63,481 bases of DNA, filler included, from Octopus bimaculoides (GCF_001194135.2; 4 parts of 4 records of this genome joined end to end with filler, not necessarily neighbours in it), one strand, 5' to 3'; counted from the first letter of the whole stretch, positions 26,617-39,208 are shown. The notes: generated by a model from the sequence alone, not told the origin. Numbers and translations: made by a program.

Positions 26617-26731
26617 AGAGAGAGAAAAGAGAGAGAGAAAAAAGAGAGAGAAAAGAGTGTGAGAGAGAGAGAGAGAGAGGAGAGAGAGGAGAGAAAGAGA
26701 GAGAGAGAGAGAGTGAGAGAGAGAAAGAGAC

Positions 26732-26764
<33 letters not shown>

Positions 26765-26800
26765 AAGAGAGAGAGAGAGAAAGAGAGAGAGATGAGGAAG
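26556..26800. repeat. (GA)n compound microsatellite
   Basis: Direct reading. Confidence 0.95.
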
Positions 26801-26959
26801 GAAAGTCATATAGGTCGGAGAAGGTAAAAGAAATAGGTGTATGCAAAACGAAAGAGCAGGAGAGAGAAAAGACAAGGAGAGATTAAGGATGAGATTGAAT
26901 GAAAGAGAAGTGTTAGAGAAAAGTTTTAATTGAAAGAGGAAGATGCTGTTGTTGTTGTT

Positions 26960-27720
26960 GTTTAGGTCCTACGATGAAAGTTATTCTGTCTGTGAATATC
27001 CTACATTTTTTCCTATGTACAGGAAACCTGGAACCGTACAATCCAGCATGTCCATTTTTGGTATCATTTTGAGGGAGATTTAGCTTCTATTTGTAGCTGG
27101 TCGAGCAACTTATGGAGATACTCTGAGACTGGCTTGAGAAATAAATGTGAAAGACAGGGAAAAAAATGTGAGAGGGAAAGGGAGAAGAGATGTGACTGAG
27201 AAGAATAGAGGAGGAGCAGGTGTGAGGAGAGAATGAGAGAGAGGGGGTGGTAAGAGGAAAGACAAAAAGATGGGTGAGAATAGGTGTAGGGGAAAGAAAT
27301 GAAAGAATAAGGGCAGAGACAGAGGGGGGGGGGAGATAACAGAACAGAGGAGGAAAAGAAAGAAAAAAGAAAAGGGGGAAAATAGAGGGAGAGAAATAGT
27401 GAGGGAAGAAATCAAAGGAGATGAGAGTGGGGATGTCCCCTTTGATGCAGTATGAGTCAAAACAACCAGGGTTAGGGGAAGGAAAAGGGTTTACAGATGT
27501 CTCCCAGAACTGAAAGCGGAGGAAAGGAATTTGCGGAACTGCAGCAGAGCAGAGCAAAGAAACAGAAGGGAAAGAAAACCCAAATAAGAGCCATTGTTTC
27601 CAACACATCAAAATTTTGATTTAATTAACATTCCTGTGAAGTGCCACACTCCTGACTAACAGATCATAGCTTCGAAACTATGCCTCAGTTATGGCCGGGC
27701 ACCCCTCTTCCCTTTGACAT
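26960..27720 (-). mobile_element. Degenerate Penelope-like fragment
   Basis: Purine-rich plus strand and a 3' part resembling recalled Octopus PLE sequence. ORF 27087..27611 is not intact. Confidence 0.35.
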
Positions 27721-28290
27721 ATGCACATATTTTAAATGCCTCAGTTCACTCAACTAGAACATTATCTAACACTCAAGCCAATGACAAAAAAACTTGCTGT
27801 GGTTGATTGACCTGGTAGAAACAATAGCAACATCTCAAATTACACTTACCCTCTTACAATAAAAAAAGGAAATGTTAGGTAATATGGTCATGAGGAAAAC
27901 GACGAGATGGCCATGGCTGGAATGCTTTTGATCATAAGTCTGCTCAATCATGACTGACTTGAGGTTAATCAACATCAATAACATTAGCTGACCTACAAAC
28001 CAATGACATGATTGCATGACCTGCCAGAAATAGCAGACAAATCTTCCTCATATCATACCCTACTACCTTAAAAAATGAAGACATATCAAATAACATAGTT
28101 CTAAATATACTGTGGTTGAAAAAAATGAACGAAAAAGATAGGATGGTCACAGTTGGAATGTCTTTGATTATTAGTCTTTAATCATAAGTCTGATCAATCA
28201 GAACTAATTTGGACCTAAACAATAATTGCACCAATCCAATGAGGAAGCTTCTTTATAGTCAATAAACTAAATAGAAACAGCAGCCAAATC

Positions 28291-28857
28291 GGATCTATTT
28301 TAAAACGGGGGCCACATTTTTCATAAATGTTTTACGTAGTGTTTTTGGTACGGAAAGACTTTCAAACTTCGTATACTTATCTATTTTGTGTTATAGAACA
28401 GAAAAATATTTTTGTATTCAAATTTATTTCATGTAAAAAATTCGTCTTATTTCGATAATTTCAACCAATCACTGACAAGTATTCAGTTGTTTACATTTAC
28501 TCCTTTTGCTGATTAAGCGATGTAAAGCGTATGTAATCTCCATACCTTCGTTTTATTTGCTTTTTTCATTTTAAATTTGCTTTACCCTAACCCTAACCCT
28601 AGGGTTAGGGTTAGGGTTAATTGTTTCAGAATCGTTTGTTTATGTAGTCGGCACTTAATGTATATCAGCTGAATGGACGTCAGTGATTGGTTGAAATTAC
28701 AGAAATACGACAACTTTAACATGGAATATCTTAGGGATTTCTTTTTTTTTAAGAAGACTATGAGAAAAAGATGTTTTATATGACACATTCTACCAGTGTT
28801 CCAAGTTTCAAAGTGTTTCGTTAATGAAAAATGTGGCCCCCGTTTTAAAAAAGATCC
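28291..28857. mobile_element. MITE with about 35-bp TIRs, 8-bp TSD and a central telomeric palindrome (Merlin- or hAT-like)
   Basis: TIR ggatctattttaaaacgggggccacatttttcat / atgaaaaatgtggcccccgttttaaaaaagatcc. TSD GCCAAATC at 28283-28290 and 28858-28865. Confidence 0.85.
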
Positions 28858-28986
28858 GCCAAATCTCCCTCAAATTACACCCAACTATCTTAAAAATGAG
28901 AAGGACAATATTGAGTAATATAATCCTAGAAACACTATGTCTGAAAACAAAAAAAAAAATGTGATCATGACTAAATGCATCAGATT

Positions 28987-29520
28987 AGTGGTTCTCAACC
29001 AATGGGGTCCCGGCCCAAAATGGGTTGGAGTATAATTCTAAAAGAATCACAAGACAGAAAGTCTTTTACTTCTGGAATGTTATTATGGACTTACTATCAT
29101 TGGTTTCAAACTGCATTTGCTCTTTTGTGGTCAAAGTTTGGAACATTTTCCTCACCAAGATACACTGGAAAATGCTATAAGAAACAACCTCTCAACACTG
29201 CCAAATTTCTCATCGCAACAGAAGCCTGTTGATCTTGATTTACAGCATCAGAAGGTGTCTGGGTGGAATAATCCTTTCCCACTCAAGATGGTGGTGGGAG
29301 GACAAGCTGAGATGTCACTAATTACCATATTTTCCAGTATACAAATTGACATAGTATATGGTGCAAACATGTTGAATAAACACTCAAACATCACCACTAT
29401 CTTTCCAAATCCTGTTGCATTTCAAATGGCACTTTTAGCCCTTCAAAGTCACCTTGGTGTGTAAGTCAACCTACTTTTTTGGCTGGAAATTCTGGTCTGA
29501 AAAATTCAACTTGCATGCTA
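28987..29520 (+). mobile_element. Possible hAT-type remnant with degenerate coding sequence
   Basis: Starts with the hAT-like end tagtggttctcaacc...ggggtc, followed by ORF 29117..29464, which I do not recognise. Confidence 0.3.
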
Positions 29521-30437
29521 GAAAATATGGCCTCTTAAATGTCCTAATTTTGGTTTAAAATTTTGGCACAAGACCAGCAATTACGGTGAGTGGTAAATCA
29601 GTGATATCAAACTTAGTACTCAACTGGTACTTATTTTATTGACCCAGAAAGGATGAAAGGCAAAGTCAACCTTTACAGAATTTGAACTCAGAACATAAGA
29701 CAGAAAATACCGCTAAGCATTTTGCCCAACGTGCTAATAACTGTCAGCTTGCCACCTTACATGTCCTAATTTTAAAATCAGTAAAGTGCAATGTTAACCC
29801 TTCAGCATTTAAACTGACCATATCAGGCCCAAATATCTTACATGTTTTTTTATGTTCTAACAGCCCAGATCCATGTCTCACACTTACCCTACAATATCAT
29901 TGTAAAAATATACAATCACATCATTGAAATTTTGAAGCTATGAGATAATGCATGATTAATTCAAAACAATGTGAATAAATAAGCATTACATTAGACAGAG
30001 TAATCTGAATGTTAAAGGGTTTAGGGAGATTTGATTGCTATTTCTAGCAGATTGAACCATAGCAAAGGGGTTCCCTCATAAGAACACGCAATTACCACTG
30101 TGACCAATTGCGCTACCCTATTAAAGTTTAATTCAAATACTGCAATCCAGCTCTACTTTTGTTGTTCTGTATTTCTCTTTTATATTGCTTGCTTTTGTGT
30201 GAAAGTTATGCAGGATTAAAGTTGAATATAAACTGGTATTTGAAATATTCACCATACATACATAGAAATAACTGAGTTTTGTCAGGTAGACCAGTAATGC
30301 AGAGCAAACATTCAATTTAGCTAAGGATAGGAGAGCAGTAGTAATTCACATATGTGGAGAGAACAGAAAGTACTTCACATATGTCCATTATGATTAAATA
30401 TAGATTGTTAACATAACCATATAAAATATCCTAAGTG

Positions 30438-30752
30438 GAAGCGCAATGGCCCAGTGGTTAGGGCAGCAGACTCGCGGTCATAGGATCACGGTTTCGATTC
30501 CCAGACCGGGCATTGTGAGTGTTTATTGAGTGAAACGCCTAAAGCTTCACGAGGCTCCGGCAGGGGATGGTAGCGAACCCTGCTGTACTCTTTCACCACA
30601 ACTTTCTCTCACTCTTACTTCCTGTTTCTGTTGTGCCTGTAATTCAAAGGGTCAGCTTTGTCACACTGTGTCACGCTGAATATCCCCGAGAACTACGCTA
30701 AGGGTACATGTGTCTGTGGAGTGTTCAGCCACTTGCACGTTAATTTCACGAG
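30438..30752 (+). mobile_element. SINE family A, 3'-truncated
   Basis: Same head and body as 9175-9563, ending at cacgagc. Confidence 0.85.
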
Positions 30753-31180
30753 CAATTATTCAAGCTAAAGGAAGCCACACAAAATATTAACAATGTACAG
30801 TAACTTCTTGANNNNNNNNNNNNNNNNNNNNNNNNNNNNNNNNNNNNNNNNNNNNNNNNNNNNNNNNNNNNNNNNNNNNNNNNNNNNNNNNNNNNNNNNN
30901 NNNNNNNNNNNNNNNNNNNNNNNNNNNNNNNNNNNNNNNNNNNNNNNNNNNNNNNNNNNNNNNNNNNNNNNNNNNNNNNNNNNNNNNNNNNNNNNNNNNN
31001 NNNNNNNNNNNNCACATCTTCCCCTATCATTCAGAAACCCTACTAAAAAAATATAATGATCAGGTATGCAAATGATTCCAACAGGGCCAATGTTTCATCT
31101 CTGAAAAATGCAATGCAAAACAGTTGGCAGTTATTAGTAATTTACAATATTTTAAAGTAGCCAAAGACTTTTGCTCAGTA

Positions 31181-31218
<38 letters not shown>

Positions 31219-31952
31219 TCATCATCATCATCATCATCGTTTAATGTCCGCTTTCCATGCTAGCATGGGTTGGACGATTTGACTGAGGACTGGCGAACCA
31301 GATAGCTGCACCAGGCTCCAATCTGATCTGGCAGAGTTTCTACAGCAGGATGCCCTTCCTAATGCCAACCACTCTGAGTGTAGTGGGTGCTTATTTATAT
31401 ATATATATGTATATAATAAAGCTCAACGTCAGTATGTCTGTATATCTATAGCACAAAAGGGAATAGAAGATACATAAAAACAAAGTATGTGTTCTCATGT
31501 AAAATCTTATGAGAAAGACGATGGGCTACATAAAATTTACTTTCCATTGCGATTAGGGGGCTTAAAGGGGGGAAAACACCCACTGTGAAATTACAAATAC
31601 CTCCAATTTCAGTGAAAATAACAACATAACTACTAGGGACTAAATAAAGACAACTTCCAAAATTTCATCATCATACAATATTATTTACATGCATATCTTC
31701 ATCATCATCATCATCATTGTTTAATGTCCGCTTTCCATGCTAGCATGGGTTGGACGACTTGACTGAGGACTGGTGAAACCGGATGGCAACACCAGGCTCC
31801 AATCTAAATTTGGCAGAGTTTCTACAGCTGGATGCCCTTCCTAACGCCAACCACTCAGAGAGTGTAGTAGGTACTTTTACGTGTCACCTGCACGAAGGCC
31901 AGTCAGGCGATACTGGCAACGGCCACGCTCGAAATGGTGTCTTTTATGTGCC

Positions 31953-32052
31953 NNNNNNNNNNNNNNNNNNNNNNNNNNNNNNNNNNNNNNNNNNNNTTAA
32001 TTAATTAANNNNNNNNNNNNNNNNNNNNNNNNNNNNNNNNNNNNNNNNNNNN
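31953..32052. other. Assembly spacer N44-TTAATTAATTAA-N44 (also at 45705-45804 and 59672-59771)
   Basis: The same 12-mer sits centred in 100-bp N blocks three times and gives stops in all six frames. Confidence 0.9.
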
Positions 32053-33568
32053 ATATATATATCACGGTATCGACCAGACTATCGAATGTTGTTGTACATT
32101 GCTGGTCACAATGCGCTTTGCATCATTTTATCTTTCGAAGGATACCACCCGGAATGTTGTCGAGTAGGCCAACATTCCCACCTGATCGGAAGGCTATTCC
32201 GTCAGAGAGTTATCCATTTACAGCTGAGTGGACTGGAGTAACATGAAATGAAGTGTTTTGATCGAGAACAAAACGCGCTGCATGGTCCGGGAATCGAACT
32301 CAAGATCTAGCGATTGTAGTGCAAAACCCTAACTATTGGGCTACACAATTTCAGATATAGAGTGTGTCGGTTGATCCTACCAATGGAACAGGCTGCTTAT
32401 GAAATTAACGTGCCAGTGGCTGAGCACTCCACAGACATGTGTAGCCTTAACGTAGTTCTCAGGGAGATTCAGCATGATACAGAATGTGACAAGGATGGCC
32501 TTTGAATTATAGGTACTACTCATTTTTGGCAGCTGAGTGGACTGGAGCAACGCAAAATAAAGCCGCCGGCTTTCGAACTCACGAATTTAATCACTAAGCC
32601 ATTCGTCTTCATAATAATATAACCTTATGATAATNNNNNNNNNNGTGTTTGTGAGTGAAATGTGTAATTGTTTTGAACTAATTCTTTTCCTCCGCTACTT
32701 GACCCGGCTGTAACACTTTCACGTGATTAGTTGAGGGGAAAGACGAAGAGTGAAAGAACAAAGGAGAAAAAGAGGGTAAAGTGAAGAGTGAGAGAGAAAG
32801 TGGGAGAGTGCTGTGTATTAAGTCTATGAAATTGTGCATAATGTATATAAAGTGTATATATAAAGTGCATTAAGTAATCATCGTATTCCAATTTCCTTCA
32901 CTTTTCAATGTTAAGCAGATAAGCGACTATCGTTTGATAAAGACAGAACATAGTCTATGCTTTCAGGTTTTTCGGATAAAGTTTTCAGAAATAACCTAAT
33001 AAGTTTACCATTAATTCCATGAAATATTCATGGGTCCCGCTAGTATTATATAATGTACTCTCACACACTTACACGGCTTCTACACAGTTTTTGTCAACCA
33101 AATTCTCGTCACAAAATGTTTTTTTAAAACAAGCACTTGCCGAATGCTCCTCGCATTGTACCACATAACCGGATCTGAACAGTAACAACATGGAAAAATT
33201 TCCACATTCTCAGAATTGCAAGATGGTTAACAGATTACCATCCAAACCCAAGATTCCAATAAGAATTCTCAGAATCCACAACAGATCATTAATTCAGATG
33301 AATGGTGTGTAATCCACATGTAACTGACAGTTGTCAACCTTCGTCCAAAGATGGACAATTTGTAGCGTTTCACTGTATCCGTAATCAATAGATTTATCTC
33401 TAATTTTCACACCTTTTGCTCTCTTAAACGCACACTTGGTTGAAGTAGCGGTTCACAAAGGTTCACAAACTTGTCATTTTTAAAGGGCTACCCACTCCTC
33501 GAACCCTTAATCTTAAAATATTAGGTAGAGCAAATTTTTTAATAAAATTTTGTTAAAAGGCACCTTAC

Positions 33569-33815
33569 CTCGCGAAATCCAGAAATGTTTTCTCGGAGCC
33601 TAATGATTAAAGGATACTTTCACCAAATTGAGTCCTTGAAGTAAGTCTGATTCCACGTAGTAGTAGTAGTAGTAGTAATAGTAGTAGTAGTAGTAGTAGC
33701 AATTTTCACTTCATGTACAATGGTAAATGCTTTGGGGGAAAGGACCGGCGCCGATCGAGTGCAGGGAGGCCCTTGGCTAAGGAATCATCATAATAGAGTT
33801 TCTGTAGCCCTAAGG
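33569..33815. promoter_or_regulatory. Putative bidirectional promoter / divergent first exons
   Basis: Minus-strand donor CGAG|GTAAGG (GT at 33568) and plus-strand donor TAAG|GTAAGG (GT at 33815) point away from each other. CpG-containing core with a (TAG)n tract at about 33657-33699. Confidence 0.45.
33720..33814 (+). CDS. Candidate first coding exon (MVNALGERTGADRVQGGPWLRNHHNRVSVAL)
   Basis: ATG at 33720, 31 codons + 2 nt, then a consensus GTAAGG donor. No convincing downstream phase-2 exon found, so it could be UTR or lncRNA. Confidence 0.35.
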
Positions 33816-34213
33816 TAAGGAATCAATTTTATAGAATTCACAAACTCGCTTGTCAAAAAGCCTGGGGCCAACATCGAGAAAAACACCAAGTTTATCGAAC
33901 TGCATCAATAATCAGTATATACAAAAAAAATCAGGTGCGTGAGATAATTAAACTTATTATTTGATTGGTTAATATGATTTCCAATAATCCTTCTATGGTG
34001 TGTCAACCTAGGGATCGAAACCTGATCTCTGGTTATGCTCGTCAGGAGATTATACTTTGTGCTACCGTAGCAACATAACGATTGTGAAAATTTCGTCACC
34101 CATGGCTTCGAGCCAAGAGAAAGAATGATTCATTTAAGTACCCCCACCCCACTACCATATACATACATGCATAACATACATAGATATGCTTGTGCGTGTG
34201 CGCGCGCGCGTGT

Positions 34214-34249
<36 letters not shown>

Positions 34250-34367
34250 CTCTCGGTATGACTGATGTGTTTGCGTCTCAGTTTTAAGGCATTTCGGTCG
34301 CCAAAAAAAAAAGACCGATGCTGAAATGAGCATTTTGTTGACACCACCTGAAATATATATATTTACA

Positions 34368-34398
<31 letters not shown>

Positions 34399-34777
34399 GC
34401 ACACACACACACACACACACATACATACATACAGGCACATACACTCATACAGACCAGACACACGTACACACACACACGCGCGCATACACATACGCATGCT
34501 TACAAACTTTGGGTATCTTTCTGAGAAATAGTTGCAACATCTGACAAAAACTTTTTCGCTGCTCTACAAAAGGAACGGTATTTGGCTTTTCTGAAATTCC
34601 AAAAAAGAATATCCCTAATAACAAACAAATAAAGAGAAAATGAAAATAGAATACAACACCAACAACAACTAGTTTTACTACCGGCTGTTACTAGTTCTGG
34701 CTGCTGCTGTTGTGTTCCTTCAATATTCTTTTTAGTTGTTCATCATCGCAATTTTTCCTCGTCAAATATTCTCCTTA

Positions 34778-35566
34778 GGGCGGCGAGCTGGCAGAATCGT
34801 TTGCACGCCGGGCGAAATGCCTAGCGATACTTCGTCTGCCGTAACGTTCTGAGTTCAAATTTCGCCGAAGTCAACTTTGCCTTTCGTCCTTTCGGGGTCG
34901 ATTAAATAAGTACCTATTATGCAATGGGGGTCGATTGTCCTCTCTATGTTTAGTCCCCTGTGGGCACTAAAGAAATAAATATTCTCTTCTTTTATGGAAG
35001 GTGTACGTTTTGGCTCTTCAGACTTGTTTTCACGACTACATTCCATTTAAACATTCGTTTTCTTTTTGAGGTATTTGGTTTCTTCAATTGTGCTCGAAAG
35101 AAAGTTCTTTCGTTTACTCTTCCCAGTTCTTAAGGTGGCGAGCTAGCAGAAACGTTAGCACGCCGGGCGAAATGCCTAGCGGTATTTCGTCTGCCGCTAC
35201 GTTCTGAGTTCAAATTCCGCAGAGGTCGACTTTGCCTTTCATCCTTTCGGCGTCGATTAAATAAGTACCAGTTACGCACTGGGGTCGATATAATCGACTT
35301 AATCCATTTGTCTGTCCTTGTTTGTCCCCTTTGTGTCTAGCCCCTTGTGGCAGTAAAGAAATAAAAAACGTTAGCACGCCGAGCGAAATGCTTAGCGGTA
35401 TTTCGTCTGTCTTTACGTTCTGAGTTCAAATTCAGCCGAGGTCGACTTTGCCTTTCATCCTTTCGGGGTCGATAAATTAAATACCAGTTGCGTACTGGGG
35501 CCGATCTTATCGACTGGCCCCCTCCCCACAAATTTCGAGCCTCATGCTTAGAGTAGAGAAGATTTC
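34778..35566 (+). mobile_element. Cluster of three family C SINE copies; the last two form a dimer
   Basis: Repeated ggcggcgagctggcagaa...gagttcaaatt heads. 13-bp direct repeat tcccagttcttaa at 35121-35133 and 35567-35579. Confidence 0.85.
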
Positions 35567-36471
35567 TCCCAGTTCTTAATAGAACGAGCTAAATATAGAT
35601 TTGTGTGTAACGTTTTACTTTTTATATGGTTCAGTGATAGAACTGCGGTCAAGCTGGAGCACCACATTCAAGGGTTTTAGTCGAAGAAATCTACCCCAGA
35701 GCTTATTACCACTAAGCCTAGTACTTACTGCATCCGTCACTTTTGTTGAACCGCTAAGTTACGGGGACATAAACACACCAGCATCAGTTGTCAAGTGATA
35801 GAGGGGGGGGGACAAACACAGACACAAAGAAACACACATAAATATATATACATATACATGTATATATATATATACACGACAGGCTTCTTTAAGGTTTCTT
35901 TAAGGCTTTGCTCNNNNNNNNNNNNNNNNNNNNNNNNNNNNNNNNNNNNNNNNNNNNNNNNNNNNNNNNNNNNNNNNNNNNNNNNNNNNNNNNNNNNNNN
36001 NNNNNNNNNNNNNNNNNNNNNNNNNNNNNNNNNNNNNNNNNNNNNNNNNNNNNNNNNNNNNNNNNNNNNNNNNNNNNNNNNNNNNNNNNNNNNNNNNNNN
36101 NNNNNNNNNNNNNNNNNNNNNNNNNNNNNNNNNNNNNNNNNNNNNNNNNNNNNNNNNNNNNNNNNNNNNNNNNNNNNNNNNNNNNNNNNNNNNNNNNNNN
36201 NNNNNNNNNNNNNNNNNNNNNNNNNNNNNNNNNNNNNNNNNNNNNNNNNNNNNNNNNNNNNNNNNNNNNNNNNNNNNNNNNNNNNNNNNNNNNNNNNNNN
36301 NNNNNNNNNNNNNNNNNNNNNNNNNNNNNNNNNNNNNNNNNNNNNNNNNNNNNNNNNNNNNNNNNNNNNNNNNNNNNNNNNNNNNNNNNNNNNNNNNNNN
36401 NNNNNNNNNNNNNNNNNNNNNNNNNNNNNNNNNNNNNNNNNNNNNNNNNNNNNNNNNNNNNNNNNNNNNNN

Positions 36472-36504
<33 letters not shown>

Positions 36505-36507
36505 TAA

Positions 36508-36565
<58 letters not shown>

Positions 36566-36726
36566 CGACTCAGGGTTTATAGCAGGGGACTCTTGTCCAA
36601 GGTGTCACGCAGTGGGACTGAACTCGGAAACATGTGGTTAGGAAGCAAATTTCTTACCATACAACCACACCGGTGCATATGCATGTATATATATGTTTGT
36701 TTGTGTGTGTGTGTGTGTCTGTGTAT

Positions 36727-36770
<44 letters not shown>

Positions 36771-36772
36771 TT

Positions 36773-37123
36773 AAATACAAAAATGGGACAAGAACGCAAA
36801 CCATCCAGACAGTTAGGGGATACAAAAAAGGGACAATAAAACATCCCGATAGACGATACAAAGAAAACAAGGACGGGTCATTCGGAGTTTTCTTTCCTCA
36901 ATCGAGTTCCAGATTATCTTCGCAATTTTGGCTGGTTATACTCGAGATTGCTCCAATCTGGCCAGCCCCAAGGAAAGACTAAGCTAAGAGTATTAGATTC
37001 CTTGGAAGAAAGCAGTGTTCCGTCCTTGTTTTCTTTGTATCGTCTATCTGGATGTTTTGTTGTCTCTTTTTTGTTACACCTAACTGTTCAGATGTTTTGC
37101 GTTCTTGTCCCATTTTTGTATTT
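36773..37123. repeat. Foldback element (about 104-bp imperfect arms)
   Basis: aaatacaaaaatgggacaagaacgcaaa...ggacgg (36773-36876) is mirrored at 37020-37123. Confidence 0.9.
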
Positions 37124-37373
37124 TTTATATATAAAATATGGCGGCGCACGTACTCTTTGATTTCCTATATATATAGTCCAATCAAATAAATGAACATTAA
37201 AATTAACAATAACAAACAAGAGTACATGCATAAGGAATGTATTAGTTTTACGCCCAGTAAAAAGAGTTTTTGACGTTTCGAGCAGAGCTCTTCGTCGAAA
37301 AGGAAATAGGAAAAAGTCCAAAGAAGGGGAAAAATCACCAACAGGACGTTTGTAGTTACATTACTGAAGTGCA

Positions 37374-37404
<31 letters not shown>

Positions 37405-37612
37405 TGTATGTATGCATGTATGTATGTATGCATGTATGTATATTGATATGCGTGTCTGTGATTTAAGTGATATTTGTCTCTCACAGGATGAAGTACAATA
37501 GCGGAAAAGAAACATGATACTATCTCTATGACTTCAGAAATGTATCTGTGTGTGTGTAGAGTTACTAAGTGTCGATAACAAAACAATGAATGTGTGTGTG
37601 TGTGCGTGAGTG

Positions 37613-37720
<108 letters not shown>

Positions 37721-38000
37721 TGTGTGTGTGTACAATAGTTGCCACTTGATGAGTCTGTCTCGTATGGAAAGTTGTTTTGGGGCTGACATCTCTCACGGAT
37801 ACAATTGTTATCTAAAGCAAATTTAATAAACATTCGGCTCAAGCATTTCCTTGCATTATTTACATCTGTTTACATCAACTACTGCTCTTCAACCTTTCTG
37901 GGCCTGCCAAATAAAGTAGCAGTTAAGTTGGTCAGTTACACTTCTAATCCCAATATCTGTAGCCCTTATAGCTATGTACCAGACCACACACACACACACA

Positions 38001-38035
<35 letters not shown>

Positions 38036-38795
38036 NNNNNNNNNNNNNNNNNNNNNNNNNNNNNNNNNNNNNNNNNNNNNNNNNNNNNNNNNNNNNNNNN
38101 NNNNNNNNNNNNNNNNNNNNNNNNNNNNNNNNNNNNNNNNNNNNNNNNNNNNNNNNNNNNNNNNNNNNNNNNNNNNNNNNNNNNNNNNNNNNNNNNNNNN
38201 NNNNNNNNNNNNNNNNNNNNNNNNNNNNNNNNNNNNNNNNNNNNNNNNNNNNNNNNNNNNNNNNNNNNNNNNNNNNNNNNNNNNNNNNNNNNNNNNNNNN
38301 NNNNNNNNNNNNNNNNNNNNNNNNNNNNNNNNNNNNNNNNNNNNNNNNNNNNNNNNNNNNNNNNNNNNNNNNNNNNNNNNNNNNNNNNNNNNNNNNNNNN
38401 NNNNNNNNNNNNNNNNNNNNNNNNNNNNNNNNNNNNNNNNNNNNNNNNNNNNNNNNNNNNNNNNNNNNNNNNNNNNNNNNNNNNNNNNNNNNNNNNNNNN
38501 NNNNNNNNNNNNNNNNNNNNNNNNNNNNNNNNNNNNNNNNNNNNNNNNNNNNNNNNNNNNNNNNNNNNNNNNNNNNNNNNNNNNNNNNNNNNNNNNNNNN
38601 NNNNNNNNNNNNNNNNNNNNNNNNNNNNNNNNNNNNNNNAACTGGCGCATTTGGGATTAAGAAATTAAAAGGATTTCCGTCGGACTCGACGATAACTATT
38701 CGGTTGTTTAGATAGCATCACACACTCCATAACTGCTGAACAAACCATAGGAAGAATAAATAATCGAGTGATGAAAAGAGAAGAGAAAAAATATA

Positions 38796-38946
38796 CTACG
38801 GGTCAGTAGAGGGGTTTTCAATTGGTCTTTGTCTCCCGATAACCTCCCAGGTGACTCCAGAATTGTTGGACAACACCGTACCCTCGCAAAGATCTGGAAA
38901 AGAAACATCCTGCATACCACAGAAATGATATCCGTGGTTATGTTTC
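38796..38946 (-). CDS. Candidate exon of a second minus-strand gene (KHNHGYHFCGMQDVSFPDLCEGTVLSNNSGVTWEVIGRQRPIENPSTDP*)
   Basis: Acceptor aaatttgcgtttacAG, non-repetitive sequence, two frames open, product unrecognised. Confidence 0.35.
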
Positions 38947-39208
38947 CTGTAAACGCAAATTTATACAAATTAAACGAAAACGTGAATGTATACACAGTAA
39001 TGTGATTATATACGCAGTAATGTGGGGAACATCCTCCCCCTCCTACACACACACATCAAAATAAGCAGACATATGGTCATTCAGACAAACAGACAGATAT
39101 ATACATATGAATATGCATACAGTAAGGTAAATTCAACTTTACGATGAAAGTAAACAAACAAGGTTTGTTTTTAGAAGCGTTGAGATGTATTGTAAGATAA
39201 AGAAATAG

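Noticed and set aside
25683-26886. Long ORFs (200-395 aa) here and at 6.5, 20, 35.8, 37.8, 47.1, 55.5 and 60.4 kb
   Set aside because: Made of N gaps and dinucleotide repeats, not coding.
28584-28617. Telomere-fusion site
   Set aside because: The orientation is the reverse of an end-to-end fusion, and the tract sits inside a MITE.
29453-29496. 44-nt phase 0 to 2 exon candidate upstream of exon 18351 (TRISSQKSRLTYTPR)
   Set aside because: The phase fits, but it lies in a probable DNA-transposon remnant. Not supportable without RNA data.
30133-30330. Minus ORF ending KEKYRTTKVELDCSI as a further coiled-coil exon
   Set aside because: No acceptor and donor pair gives a convincing compatible phase.
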